A stretch of 64,000 nt of DNA. It comes from an uncultured Coriobacteriaceae bacterium. GTDB lineage: Bacteria; Actinomycetota; Coriobacteriia; Coriobacteriales; Atopobiaceae. Below are positions 1 to 9,665 of the stretch, piece after piece (the first letter of the stretch is position 1; every line of letters starts with the position of its first letter). The notes below the pieces were generated by a model. The model did no database searches and was not told the origin of the DNA. It was given only the letters and a program-made list of their open reading frames with translations. The stretch covers positions 16,662 to 80,661 of the forward strand of contig UQSV01000001.1 in the NCBI GenBank assembly GCA_900543875.1, read 5' to 3'. Position numbers and translations under genes: made by a program.

Positions 1-879
1 GTCGCCCGAGACCACGGCCGAGTCGGCGTCGAGCATAAGCTGGGCAGCCTCGGCCCTCTTGGCAACATAGGACTCGTAGACGGCGTAGTCGGCATCGCCA
101 AATGCTTGCTTTGCCTTGCCAAGAAGGTCGCTCGCCTCGGCAATGAGCGACGCTGCCTCGTTGTCGAGCGACACGGCAACGTTGGCATCTTGGATCTGCG
201 TCTGCTCGCCCGCGAGGAACCGGGCGTATTCGTTTGCGGCGTCGCTCGCGGCCTTCGCCTTCTCGTCGGCGCTCTCAAGCCTGTCCCGCACCTGACCAAG
301 CAGCCCCAGCGCAGACGAGACCGCATCGTCGACGTCCACGATCACCTCACCGGCGCCAATCATCCCACGGCGTGCCTCGATGGATGCAGAGAGGGCGTCG
401 AGCACCTCCCTCCCGGAGTCGTCGAGATGGTCGGCCAGGGCCTGGGCGCGTTCGAGGTGAGACGAGGCCTCCGTGAGCAACGAGGTCGCGGAGTCAATCT
501 TTTCCGAGAGCCCCTCATGGGAGGAGGTGTCACCGCCAATCTGGGACGAGACGGCCTCGTTGAGCGGAACGATGGCGGCGTCGGCCTGGGCAACGCAATC
601 GATGGCATCGCCAAGCTCGGCTTTTGCCCTTGAGGCGCTCGAGAAGTGGCTCCACAGGAGATAGCCGGCGCCTCCAAGGGCGCCCACCACGAGCACCACG
701 ATGAGGGCGCGCAGGCCAAGGGGAGTCGCCACGCGGCCACGCGGGCGAGCGCGGCAGCGGTGCGGGCGGGCAAAGGAGCCCGCTCGGTGGGAGGCATCAT
801 GCAAGCCGCGAGCGGCGTCACGCCTGCTTCTTTTCACATTCGTCCCCTCGCGCAAGCGCCGCGGCGCATAAAGCTTCAT
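1..879 (-). CDS. Hypothetical membrane-anchored protein, 5' part only (gene continues past window start). Basic N-terminus, one TM helix (LGLRALIVVLVVGALGGAGYLLW), then a helical/coiled extracytoplasmic region
   Basis: The reading frame and ATG at 879 on the minus strand were found by hand. Codon use is GC3-rich throughout. The ORF is not in the track because it runs off the window. Confidence 0.45.
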   Translation of the reverse strand, partial: MKLYAPRRLREGTNVKRSRRDAARGLHDASHRAGSFARPHRCRARPRGRVATPLGLRALIVVLVVGALGGAGYLLWSHFSSASRAKAELGDAIDCVAQADAAIVPLNEAVSSQIGGDTSSHEGLSEKIDSATSLLTEASSHLERAQALADHLDDSGREVLDALSASIEARRGMIGAGEVIVDVDDAVSSALGLLGQVRDRLESADEKAKAASDAANEYARFLAGEQTQIQDANVAVSLDNEAASLIAEASDLLGKAKQAFGDADYAVYESYVAKRAEAAQLMLDADSAVVSGD

Positions 880-961
880 AATCTACGAGAGACGGGACAC
901 TAACCCGTCCACCACATGGTACCAGCATGAAGACGGGCCCACTCAAGGCAGGGGGAACGGC

Positions 962-2065
962 ATGGCTAGGCAGTCGTCAAAAAAGGGGCAGACGCTCGGA
1001 CATCGAGACATCACGCGCGCTCGTGTGGCCTTCAGGTTTCTCGACAGCAGCACGGCCCTGAACACCGACTACATCTATGACCACTTCTACAAGGGCTCGG
1101 TGACAAAGACCTCGCTGCACAAGACGCTCAAGCGCGACCGCGACGAGCTGGCAAGCGAGGGCATCTACTTAGTCGAGGAGCAGGACGGCACCGCCAAGAA
1201 GTGGCAGCTCGACGAGCGGCGCACGCGCAGCGACAAGATCCTCAGCAAGAGGCCGGCCATTCCCAGCGATGACGAGCTTCTGGCCCGCGGCTTCATCAAG
1301 TCGGACATCGACAAGCTCAAGATCATCGAGGAGTACGAAAAGAACCTCGACGACGCGGCTTGCATCTACGCCACCCTCATGCGCGCCCTTCTCGACGACC
1401 CACAGACCACCAGCCCGCGCGACCTCGGCTTTGCCATCGCCCGTCTGGCGCTGGGGACGGGCCGCGGCACCGGAGGCGTTGCCCCGCAGAAGGCTCCCTC
1501 TGAGGGTGGCAGGCACCTCTCCTACTTCACCAAGGCGCGCTACGAGCGCAAGCCCATCAAGATGATGTATCGCGCCAAGGCCGACGACGCCGCCATCGAG
1601 CGCGTCCTCAAGGTCTACGGGCTCTTCACGTTCCAGGACGGCATCTACGTGGTTGGCTCACGCTCCAAGAAGAACGAGGCCGACAGCATCCGCACCTTTA
1701 ACCTCGAGCGCGTCGAGGGCGAGCCCATCATCCTCGAGGACGAGCCCACCTACGAAATCCCCGCAGACTTCAGCGTCGACAAGTACCGCAAGCTTCCCTT
1801 TGAGATTGGTCCCGGCGACAGCGAGGGAAGGTCAATCAGCGTCACGTTCTACTTCCAGCGCGGCGTCAAGGAAAGCCTGCCCGACCGCATCAAGAAGCGC
1901 GACTCGTTCAAGACCCACCAGGGCGGCAGCGCAGAGCTCACACTCCACGGCGTGCGCGACATCGACAGGGCCGCGCGCTGGGCAATCACCATCGGAGCCA
2001 TACCGCTCGACCCACCTGAGCTTGTGGGCAAGTGGGAGGAGCTTCTCGAGGAGGCACGGTCATGA
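962..2065 (+). CDS. WYL-domain transcriptional regulator, PafB-like (N-terminal wHTH, WYL domain, C-terminal extension)
   Basis: WYL signature MMYRAKADDAAIERVLKVYGLFTFQDGIYVVGSRSKKNEADSIRTFNLERV. DeoR-like HTH near the N-terminus. RBS AGGGGGAA lies upstream of the ATG. Confidence 0.7.
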   Translation: MARQSSKKGQTLGHRDITRARVAFRFLDSSTALNTDYIYDHFYKGSVTKTSLHKTLKRDRDELASEGIYLVEEQDGTAKKWQLDERRTRSDKILSKRPAIPSDDELLARGFIKSDIDKLKIIEEYEKNLDDAACIYATLMRALLDDPQTTSPRDLGFAIARLALGTGRGTGGVAPQKAPSEGGRHLSYFTKARYERKPIKMMYRAKADDAAIERVLKVYGLFTFQDGIYVVGSRSKKNEADSIRTFNLERVEGEPIILEDEPTYEIPADFSVDKYRKLPFEIGPGDSEGRSISVTFYFQRGVKESLPDRIKKRDSFKTHQGGSAELTLHGVRDIDRAARWAITIGAIPLDPPELVGKWEELLEEARS

Positions 2066-3171
2066 CGGACAAGCCAAAGAGGCGCGGGCCGGGGCGTCCG
2101 CGCGAGCATCGCCTCGCCGAGGACCTCGCGGTGGCGCTGACGCTGCAGCGAAACGGCTACGTCACCAGCTATGGCGACCTCGCCCAGCTGCTCATGCCCA
2201 ACGAGGACTACGAAAAGGCAAAGGCACGAATCCAGGAGATCGTCGAGAACCTCGACAACACGAGCAGCCTTGGCGAGGGCGACTCCAAGCCCATCAACAT
2301 CGTCACCAGCACCATCAACTCGGACACGGACAAGCGCGTCGTCTCGCACATCAACGATGAGGGAAGGCCTCGCGCCCGAGGCATCCGCCTCTCCCCGCAG
2401 CAGGCCGCGGCGTGCAGCGAGGCCTTCTGGCGCCTGGGCGTTCCGCGCACCAACATGACCCGCGCAATCATCGAGAAAACGCTCTACCCCGAGGGCCTCG
2501 AGCTCAAGCCCGCCGACAACGAGTCCCTTCTCGAGAGTAACGAGCTCGTCTACCTCAAGTACTGCGCCTACTCCATCATCAAGGCCAAGCCCGGCAGGGA
2601 CGAGAACCACGTGAGGCAGCTCCCCGTCAGCTTCCTCTATGACGGCGAGAACGACGCAGACTTCAAGCGGAGGTCGACGCGCCTCGTCATTCCCCTCACG
2701 ATTCGCCTCAAGGACGGCGAGTGGGACATCGACGCCTTCGATTGCGACGCAAGGGATAACCGCACCTACCAGCTGAGCCGCATCACCGACCTCAAGCTTG
2801 TGGGCTCATGCAGCAGGGACGCGGACTATCGGGAGGCCGTGGCCTCCCAAGCACCCTGGGAGTGGGACGAGAACGACTACGTGAGCATCACGTACCTGGA
2901 CCCCGCAGACGTCGACTCGCTCAACTTCCTCCTCTCGCTTGACGGCGCGGCCTATTCGCATGAGGAGAACGGTCTGTCGGTAGTCAAGATTCCCTACAAT
3001 CGCGGCGACTGGCTCCCCCGCCAGCTCCTCTCGCTGCAGGGCAAGATCAAGATAGACGAGAGCGGCAAGAAGGCCCCGGAGCTTATCGAGGAGATGCAGG
3101 AGGTCGCCAAGCACGACCTGCTGGAAGCGAAGAAGGTCCGCGCCCGCAAGGCGCCGGCCGCCGAGAAGTAG
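2062..3171 (+). CDS. WYL-domain regulator, PafC-like, with an N-terminal AT-hook (KPKRRGPGRPR). Translationally coupled to the upstream gene through an ATGA overlap
   Basis: WYL signature RLVIPLTIRLKDGEWDIDAFDCDARDNRTYQLSRITDL. The start at 2062 (MTDKPKRR) overlaps the stop of the previous gene. Confidence 0.65.
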   Translation: MTDKPKRRGPGRPREHRLAEDLAVALTLQRNGYVTSYGDLAQLLMPNEDYEKAKARIQEIVENLDNTSSLGEGDSKPINIVTSTINSDTDKRVVSHINDEGRPRARGIRLSPQQAAACSEAFWRLGVPRTNMTRAIIEKTLYPEGLELKPADNESLLESNELVYLKYCAYSIIKAKPGRDENHVRQLPVSFLYDGENDADFKRRSTRLVIPLTIRLKDGEWDIDAFDCDARDNRTYQLSRITDLKLVGSCSRDADYREAVASQAPWEWDENDYVSITYLDPADVDSLNFLLSLDGAAYSHEENGLSVVKIPYNRGDWLPRQLLSLQGKIKIDESGKKAPELIEEMQEVAKHDLLEAKKVRARKAPAAEK

Positions 3172-3227
3172 GCGCGCCCCGCCGCCAGCAAGACGAGGAC
3201 GCAACACCAGTTAGCACTCAAACGCAA

Positions 3228-3263
3228 GGGCGCCCGGTGCGAGACCATCCGCACCGGGCGCCC
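3228..3263. terminator. Bidirectional GC-rich hairpin between the convergent WYL pair and dinG
   Basis: Hairpin GGGCGCCCGGTGCG-AGACCATC-CGCACCGGGCGCCC. Confidence 0.6.
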
Positions 3264-3270
3264 TGCTCGT

Positions 3271-6200
3271 CTACTTGTGGCTCGCGCACCAAGACTCGAG
3301 GTAGCGGCCAATCGTGTCGGTCCCCAGCGTCGTCACGTTCGAGGTGGGCATCGACTTGAGAAACACCTTGCCATAGCCCTTCGAGCTCACGCGGCTGTCG
3401 GCAAGCACGAGCACGCCCGAGTCGCTCGACGAGCGAATGAGGCGTCCCGCCGCCTGCTTGACGGCCAGCACCGCCTCGGGCAAGCTCCACCTGCGCCATG
3501 CGGCGCGGTCGCGCTCGCCACGCTCCTGCACGAGCGGATCCTTGGGGCTCGCAAACGGCAGCTTGGGAATCACCACGCAGCGCAGCGTATCGCCCGACGC
3601 GTCAAAGCCCTCCCAGAACGACTTGAGCGCCATGAGCGACAGGCTTTGGTCCTCGATGAAGCGCCTGCTCAGGCGGCGCACGGAGGAGCCCCTCTCTTGC
3701 ATGGCAACCGAGAGGCCGCGCTCGGCAAGCCTTGGCTCGAGTTTGGAATATGCCATCTCCATCTCGCGGCGGTTGGTGAACAGCGTGAGCACCGAGCCGC
3801 CCATCGATACGTGCACGTCAAACAGCAGTTCGACGAGGGCGTCGAGGTAGCCGCGCTCGCGCGGATCGGGCAGGTCCCTCACGGCCACGACGCTCATGTT
3901 GCGGTCGAAGTCGTAGCACGAGGGCAGCGAAACCTCGCGGTGCTGCGACGCGTCAAGGCGCGAGAGGCCCGTGGCGTCGTTGAAGTGGGCAAAGTTGCCG
4001 TCTACGCTCATCGTGGCCGAGCTGAACGTGACGCTGCGCATCTCGGGGTACCAGCGGTTGGCAAGCTCGGCGCCAATGTCGAGCTTCTCGGCCACCAGAC
4101 GCTCGCTACCCACGCGACGCTGCGTCATGGGCAGCTCGGCATAGAAGACGTAGGAGTCGTCGGTGGCATCGGTAATGACCTCCGCGGAGGCAATGAAGTC
4201 GCGCAGCTCGCGTACGGCGTCGTCAATCTGGGCGGCCACGGGGTTGGCCGGGTTGTCCTCGCTCGAGGTAAGCCCCGATATGATCTTGCCCGCGCCCTCG
4301 AGGCCGTGGCGCACGCCATCGAGCCTGCGCACGAACTCGCCCGCGGCCTGCACCACGTTGGCCCACTCGTCGCTTGCGCGAACGTCCTGGCCCAGCCATA
4401 GCGTCGCCATGTCGTAGCCGCCACGCGAGGCCAGGTTCGAGAGCTTTCGCACCTCGTCGAAGAAGTCTGCCGAGGACACCATGGCCGAGCTCGCTGAGCT
4501 CGCGGCCTTTGACAGCAGCCCCATCGCGGGCGTTGCCGCCTCGTGGGACGAGGCAAACGAGAGCGCCGTGCCAATGGCACCCGTCTTTGAGCCGCCGAGC
4601 TGCTCGAACAGCAGACGCACGCGCTCGGCGGAGACCTCGCGCGCCCACTGGCGACGCGCCTCGCTCTCGAACGAGTGGGCCTCGTCGATGACCCAGTTGC
4701 GGATGGGCGGAAGCACCATGCCGTCTGCCTCGACGTTCTTGAGCAGCAGTGAGTGGTTCGTCACCACAACGTCTGCCGCGGCAGCGCGGCGGCGCGCGCC
4801 ATGGAGCAGGCAGAGGTTGGGGAAGAACGGGCAGTCGCGGCGCTTACAGTCCCTGTAGGTCGTGGTTAGCAGGCGGCGCGGCACGCTCCCCCATCGAATG
4901 CCAAGGGCATCGATGTCGCCCTCGACGGACTGGCACACGTAGGCATAGGTTACGGCGATGGCCGTCAGCATGTCGGCGGCAACGACGTTGCGCGAGCGGC
5001 CGTTGGTCATGGCCTCCTCGATGGGAAGGTCTGCCGTAACGGCGCGGTTCAGGCGGTTGAGACAGGGATAGTGGTCATATCCCTTGAGGCAGGTGTAGGT
5101 GAGGCCATCGGGAAGGGCGGCGGCGAGCGCGGGCAGCTCGTGAGTCACGAGTTGGTCGGTGAGTGCGTTGGTCTTGGTGGCAACGCCGCAGGTGACGTTG
5201 TTGAGCTTGGCATAGATCGCAAGCGGCAGCAGGTAGGCCATCGACTTGCCCACGCCCGTCCCCGCCTCGATCGCGCGAAACGTCTGGGTCTCGAGCGCCT
5301 CGCGCACCTCCTGGGCCATGTCGGCCTGGCTCGGGCGCGGCTCAAAGCTCTCATACATCTTGCTCACCACGCCCGAGGGCCCAAAGGCACGGGCGATCTT
5401 CTCGGCGCTCGGGGCATGGGGCATGACCTCGGGGTTATCGACGTCGGCGCGGGCTTGGGCGGGAGCGGATGCCACGAGCTTGTGACGGGCGGCAACCAGC
5501 GAGAACTCCGCATCGGGGTCCTCGAGCGCCAGGAACGACAAGATAGGGCGATAGGCCCACTCCACCTCGGGCTGCATGCTGGAGAGCGTAGCGAGAAGGC
5601 CACGCGGCAAGTCGGTGAGGGCGCACAGGATGATGCGCCACATGCCCGTCAGCGCCTCGACGTCATCGAGGGCGCGGTGCGAGACGCTGGCGCAGCCAAA
5701 GGCCTCGGCCATGTCCTGCAGCTTGTGGGTCGCAAGGCGCGGCAGCGCGATGCGCGAGAGGGCCAGGGTGTCGACCCACAGGTCGCTGACCTCATGCCCC
5801 CCGGGAACGCGCTCGATAAAGGTGCGGTCAAAGGTCGCGTTGTGGGCAAGCACCGGGGCACCGCCCACGAACTCGGCAAGCTGGGCCACGGCCTCGCGGG
5901 GCGCGGGTGCGTCCGCCACGTCGAGGTCGGTGATGTGCGTGAGCGCCTGGATGTTCTTTGGGATTGGCTGCCCCGGGTTCACGAACGTGCGGAACGTGTC
6001 GACGATCTCGCGGCCGCGCAGGCGGGCGGCGGCAATCTCGGTCAGTTGGCACTCGGAGAACGACAGACCCGTCGTCTCGGTGTCGAGCACCACGACATCG
6101 TCCTCTATCAGGCCAAAGTCCTGCGTGCGAGCGCGCTCGGCCAGCGTGCGGTAGCCAGCCTCGACCTCCTTGGGCGTGTCGGGCAGCAAGATCTCGCCTA

Positions 6201-6309
6201 GCAGGTCGCGTGGCTGCGTGGCCTTCTCGATGGAATCTGACAAATGCTTCTCACTCTCTATCGACATGGCGAGGGACGGACCCATGTTGCGGAGCTGAGT
6301 CCGCGGCAA
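3271..6309 (-). CDS. dinG: Bifunctional DnaQ-like 3'-5' exonuclease / DinG-family ATP-dependent DNA helicase
   Basis: Exonuclease motifs: VVVLDTETTGL, HNATFDRTF, HRALDDVEAL. Helicase motifs: Walker A GTGVGKS, DEAH box VIDEAHSF, and an FeS-cluster cysteine set (CLKGYDHYPC...C). TTG start; the exact start is uncertain. Confidence 0.85.
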   Translation of the reverse strand: MPRTQLRNMGPSLAMSIESEKHLSDSIEKATQPRDLLGEILLPDTPKEVEAGYRTLAERARTQDFGLIEDDVVVLDTETTGLSFSECQLTEIAAARLRGREIVDTFRTFVNPGQPIPKNIQALTHITDLDVADAPAPREAVAQLAEFVGGAPVLAHNATFDRTFIERVPGGHEVSDLWVDTLALSRIALPRLATHKLQDMAEAFGCASVSHRALDDVEALTGMWRIILCALTDLPRGLLATLSSMQPEVEWAYRPILSFLALEDPDAEFSLVAARHKLVASAPAQARADVDNPEVMPHAPSAEKIARAFGPSGVVSKMYESFEPRPSQADMAQEVREALETQTFRAIEAGTGVGKSMAYLLPLAIYAKLNNVTCGVATKTNALTDQLVTHELPALAAALPDGLTYTCLKGYDHYPCLNRLNRAVTADLPIEEAMTNGRSRNVVAADMLTAIAVTYAYVCQSVEGDIDALGIRWGSVPRRLLTTTYRDCKRRDCPFFPNLCLLHGARRRAAAADVVVTNHSLLLKNVEADGMVLPPIRNWVIDEAHSFESEARRQWAREVSAERVRLLFEQLGGSKTGAIGTALSFASSHEAATPAMGLLSKAASSASSAMVSSADFFDEVRKLSNLASRGGYDMATLWLGQDVRASDEWANVVQAAGEFVRRLDGVRHGLEGAGKIISGLTSSEDNPANPVAAQIDDAVRELRDFIASAEVITDATDDSYVFYAELPMTQRRVGSERLVAEKLDIGAELANRWYPEMRSVTFSSATMSVDGNFAHFNDATGLSRLDASQHREVSLPSCYDFDRNMSVVAVRDLPDPRERGYLDALVELLFDVHVSMGGSVLTLFTNRREMEMAYSKLEPRLAERGLSVAMQERGSSVRRLSRRFIEDQSLSLMALKSFWEGFDASGDTLRCVVIPKLPFASPKDPLVQERGERDRAAWRRWSLPEAVLAVKQAAGRLIRSSSDSGVLVLADSRVSSKGYGKVFLKSMPTSNVTTLGTDTIGRYLESWCASHK

Positions 6310-6327
6310 GCCCGCGCCTGGCCAAAG

Positions 6328-7299
6328 CTAGTTCTGGGTCGTGCGGGCACCGCGCTCGAGTGCGAGCTCAATGAGCTTGCGGCAAAGCTCCGGAAATCCC
6401 AGACCCATGCGACGGGCGGCGTCCGGCAGCAGCGACTGTGGCGTCATGCCCGGAATCACGTTCGTCTCGATGATGTAGGGAATGCCGTCCGCATCGACCA
6501 TGAAGTCGCTACGCGAGGCACCCGAGCAGCCCAGCGCCCGGTGGGCCCTGCAGGCAAGCTCCTTGGCGCGCTCGACGACGTCCTCGGGCAGCTCGGGGGG
6601 GATCACGTGGTGCTTCGACGGGTCGTCGTACTTGACGCTCAGGTCGTAGAACTCGGTCTCATAGCGCACCTCGATGGCCTCGAGCGCCTGCGTGTGTTCG
6701 TTGCCCAGCACCGGCACCGTGATCTCGGTGCCCACCACGGCTGCCTCGACGAGAATCCTCGTGTCGAACTTGAAAGCCTCCTCGATGGCATCGGCGAGCT
6801 CAGAGGCCTCCTTCACGTGCGTGATGCCATAGGACGAGCCGCTCGACACCGGCTTCACAAAGCACGGCAGGCCAACGCGCCCCACCAGGTCAACGACGTC
6901 GTACTCGTCGCCCCTGAGCAGGCAGACCTCCTTTGGGGTGGGAATACCGTGCTCGCGGTAGATGTCCTTGGCCATGGCCTTGTCGGTGGCAAGGGCGCTC
7001 GCGAGCACACCAGAACACGTGTACGGTATGCCGAGAAGTTCGAGGAAGCCCTGTACGCAGCCGTCCTCGCCATAGCGGCCGTGCAGAGCCACGAAGGCAA
7101 CGTCGTAACCTCCGTCGGCGATGTTGTGCACGAAGTCCTTGTCGGCGATGTCGAGCAGATCGACCTGCACAAAGCCCGCCTCGCGCAGGGCCTGGGCACT
7201 CGCCGTGCCGCTGGAGATGGACACCTCGCGCTCGTCAGACCAGCCACCACACAGAACTGCGACCTTCTTGCTTTCGATACCCTCCATGTGGTGCTCCAT
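6328..7299 (-). CDS. ddl: D-alanine--D-alanine ligase
   Basis: KKVAVLCGGWSDEREVSISSG and ATP-grasp motifs. The internal start (MEHHMEG / MEGIESKK) is favoured over the ORF start at 7314. Lies 18 bp upstream of dinG, in a likely operon. Confidence 0.85.
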   Translation of the reverse strand: MEHHMEGIESKKVAVLCGGWSDEREVSISSGTASAQALREAGFVQVDLLDIADKDFVHNIADGGYDVAFVALHGRYGEDGCVQGFLELLGIPYTCSGVLASALATDKAMAKDIYREHGIPTPKEVCLLRGDEYDVVDLVGRVGLPCFVKPVSSGSSYGITHVKEASELADAIEEAFKFDTRILVEAAVVGTEITVPVLGNEHTQALEAIEVRYETEFYDLSVKYDDPSKHHVIPPELPEDVVERAKELACRAHRALGCSGASRSDFMVDADGIPYIIETNVIPGMTPQSLLPDAARRMGLGFPELCRKLIELALERGARTTQN

Positions 7300-7407
7300 T
7301 CCGCATCGACACACCGCCTCTAAAACTCGAGGAAGATGCTGCGATACACTCGTTGCTGCACAATTTCGTGCATTGCCTCACTAACGTCACGCCAGAAAGG
7401 CCGCGAC

Positions 7408-8466
7408 ATGCCCCTTTATGATATCGACTCCAGCAAGTCCAAGGTCGACCTTCGCAACGTTTCCCACGAGCAGCTCGTCGAGCTCCTCGAGGGGCTTGGC
7501 TACCCCAAGTTCCGCGCGAAGCAGGTCGAGGATTGGGTGTGGAAGCACCACGTCACCGACTTCCAGGACATGACTAACGTCCCTGCCAAGCTGCGCGCCG
7601 ACCTTGCCGAGCGCTGCACCCTTGGCGGAACGGTCGAGGTTGCCCGCCAGATCTCCAACGACGGCTGCCGCAAGTACCTTCTCGGCTATGATGACGGCAC
7701 CCAAGCCGAGTGCGTTGGCATGCCCAACCGCAACCGCCTCGCCGTCTGCGTCTCCACCCAGGCAGGCTGCCGCATGGGCTGCGTCTTCTGCGCCACGGGC
7801 CAGGGTGGCTTCTCCCGCTCCCTCAAGGCAACCGAGATCTACGACCAGGTCATGCATGTGAGCGAGGACTTCCAAACCCGCGCCTCCTCCGTTGTCATGA
7901 TGGGCCAGGGCGAGCCGTTCAACAACTACGACGAGGTGCTTAAGGCCCTGCGCATGCTCAACTCTCCCGAGGGCGCCGGCATTGGCGCACGCCACCTCAC
8001 GGTATCTACCTGCGGCATCATTCCCATGATTCGCCGCTTTGCCAAGGAGCCCGAGCAGTTCACGCTGGCCGTCTCGCTGCATTCCGCCGTCCAGTCGACG
8101 CGCAACACCATCATGCCGGGCGTCAAGAAGTACACCCTCGCAAGGCTGCATGACGCCATGGCCGAGTACGTCGAGGCCACCGGCCGCCGGCCGACCTACG
8201 AGTACGCCCTCATCGGGGGAGTCAACGACAACAACCTCGAGCTTGACGCCCTGTGCGACTTCACGCGTGGCACGCTTGCCCATGTGAACCTCATCCAGCT
8301 CAACGACCTCGAGGGCTCCAAGCTTAAGCCCTCCACCGCCGAGCGTGCCGAGCAGTTTGTGCGTCGCCTTGCTCAGGTTGGCGTCGAGGCCACGATCCGT
8401 AACTCGCGCGGCAACGACATCGATGCCGCCTGCGGCCAGCTGTCTCAGAAGCACCGCATCGAGTAA
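7408..8466 (+). CDS. rlmN: 23S rRNA / tRNA m2A methyltransferase RlmN (radical SAM)
   Basis: Radical-SAM CxxxCxxC motif (CRMGCVFCATG). Conserved MPLYDIDS... start at 7408. Confidence 0.85.
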   Translation: MPLYDIDSSKSKVDLRNVSHEQLVELLEGLGYPKFRAKQVEDWVWKHHVTDFQDMTNVPAKLRADLAERCTLGGTVEVARQISNDGCRKYLLGYDDGTQAECVGMPNRNRLAVCVSTQAGCRMGCVFCATGQGGFSRSLKATEIYDQVMHVSEDFQTRASSVVMMGQGEPFNNYDEVLKALRMLNSPEGAGIGARHLTVSTCGIIPMIRRFAKEPEQFTLAVSLHSAVQSTRNTIMPGVKKYTLARLHDAMAEYVEATGRRPTYEYALIGGVNDNNLELDALCDFTRGTLAHVNLIQLNDLEGSKLKPSTAERAEQFVRRLAQVGVEATIRNSRGNDIDAACGQLSQKHRIE

Positions 8467-8487
8467 GCACGAGCCTCATACATACGT

Positions 8488-8532
8488 AAAGAGGGGAGTA
8501 GCGAACCCATGTTCGCTACTCCCCTCTTCTAT
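8488..8532 (+). terminator. Rho-independent terminator after rlmN
   Basis: Hairpin GAGGGGAGTAGCGAACCCATGTTCGCTACTCCCCTC followed by TTCTATT. Confidence 0.7.
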
Positions 8533-8783
8533 TATATGTTTCCACAGCTAGAAGCCTATGTTCTTCCATTGCTGGTCTACCCATTCCCTATTTTCTCTTG
8601 CAGCCTGCTCACTCGAGTATTGCAAGGCGGGCTCCATATAGCCCCTCAAGAGATACAGGGCGAGGTCAGACGTAACGCGTCCTGCTTGGCGCACACTATC
8701 ACGCGCGCGCTCATCAAGCAGAACCTTCCAGACAAGCGAGCAGCCTGCCGAGGCAACAGCGAGGCTTCTCAGAGCTCGGGTCG

Positions 8784-9665
8784 CTACTCCCACGTTTCGT
8801 CCTCTTCCTCAACCTCAGCACCCGGCTGAATCTGAGCCAGGATCCTCGCTAGCTGGTCCTCATCCTTGAACTCAATCTCGATCTTGTTCTTGCCGCGAAC
8901 CTGCTTGACCTTAACGTTGGTATCAAGCATGCGCCTAAGCTCTCGGGCAGCGCGCTTAAAAGACTGAGGAGCTGCCTGGCGAGGCTTTACCTCGGCGCGC
9001 TCGACAGAAAAGAGCGGAGCAAGATGTTCTGTCTGCCTCACCGTCAAGCTCTCCGTGACAACCTTCTGGGCAAGCTTGATTCGACCTTCCTCGGTTGGCA
9101 CGGCAAGGATGGCGCGAGCGTGACCAGCAGTCAGCAGACCCTGCGCCATCATGTCTTGAACCTCAGCGGGAAGATCCATGAGTCTCAACGTGTTTGCGAT
9201 TGCAGAACGAGACTTCGAAAGAATCTTGGCAAGACCCTCTTGGGTAAATCCCTGAGACTCAAGAAGCTGCTTGTAGCCCTTCGCCTCTTCAATGGGAGAC
9301 AGGTCTGCACGTTGCAGGTTCTCAATGAGGGCAAGCTGAAACACTTCGTCATCATTGATTTCACGAACAACTGCAGGAATCTCCTTGAGTCCTGCCAGCT
9401 TGCTAGCCTGGTAGCGACGCTCGCCTGCAACAATCTCGTACTTGTTACCCTTCTTGCGAACAAGAATTGGCTGAAGCACACCATTCTGCTTTATCGAGTC
9501 AGCAAGCTCTGCAAGCGCGTCCTCGTCAAAGTTCTTGCGGGGCTGACCAGGGTTGCGAACAATCTTTTCGATTGGAAGCGTTGCCTCCGGTTCGCTGCCC
9601 GTCTCAGCATTGGCTTCGCTAATCAGGGCATCGAGGCCTCTTCCAAGTCCACCACGCTTAGCCAC
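8784..9665 (-). CDS. parB: Chromosome partitioning protein ParB (Spo0J)
   Basis: ParB box GERRYQA and HTH. Markedly lower GC than its surroundings. Confidence 0.9.
   Translation of the reverse strand: MAKRGGLGRGLDALISEANAETGSEPEATLPIEKIVRNPGQPRKNFDEDALAELADSIKQNGVLQPILVRKKGNKYEIVAGERRYQASKLAGLKEIPAVVREINDDEVFQLALIENLQRADLSPIEEAKGYKQLLESQGFTQEGLAKILSKSRSAIANTLRLMDLPAEVQDMMAQGLLTAGHARAILAVPTEEGRIKLAQKVVTESLTVRQTEHLAPLFSVERAEVKPRQAAPQSFKRAARELRRMLDTNVKVKQVRGKNKIEIEFKDEDQLARILAQIQPGAEVEEEDETWE

Noticed and set aside
3277-6201. Plus-strand ORFs 3277-4401 and 5071-6201 opposite dinG
   Set aside because: They are antisense to a helicase with Walker A, DEAH and FeS motifs. Their composition is Arg/Ala/Gly-rich
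7387-8454. 355-aa minus-strand ORF antisense to rlmN
   Set aside because: rlmN carries the radical-SAM Cys motif on the plus strand. The antisense frame is Gly/Ala/Leu low-complexity
8509-8829. Small ORFs in the rlmN-parB gap (8509-8829 plus strand, 8548-8793 minus strand)
   Set aside because: They have no RBS and overlap the parB 3' end and the rlmN terminator. Their composition is unlike neighbouring genes
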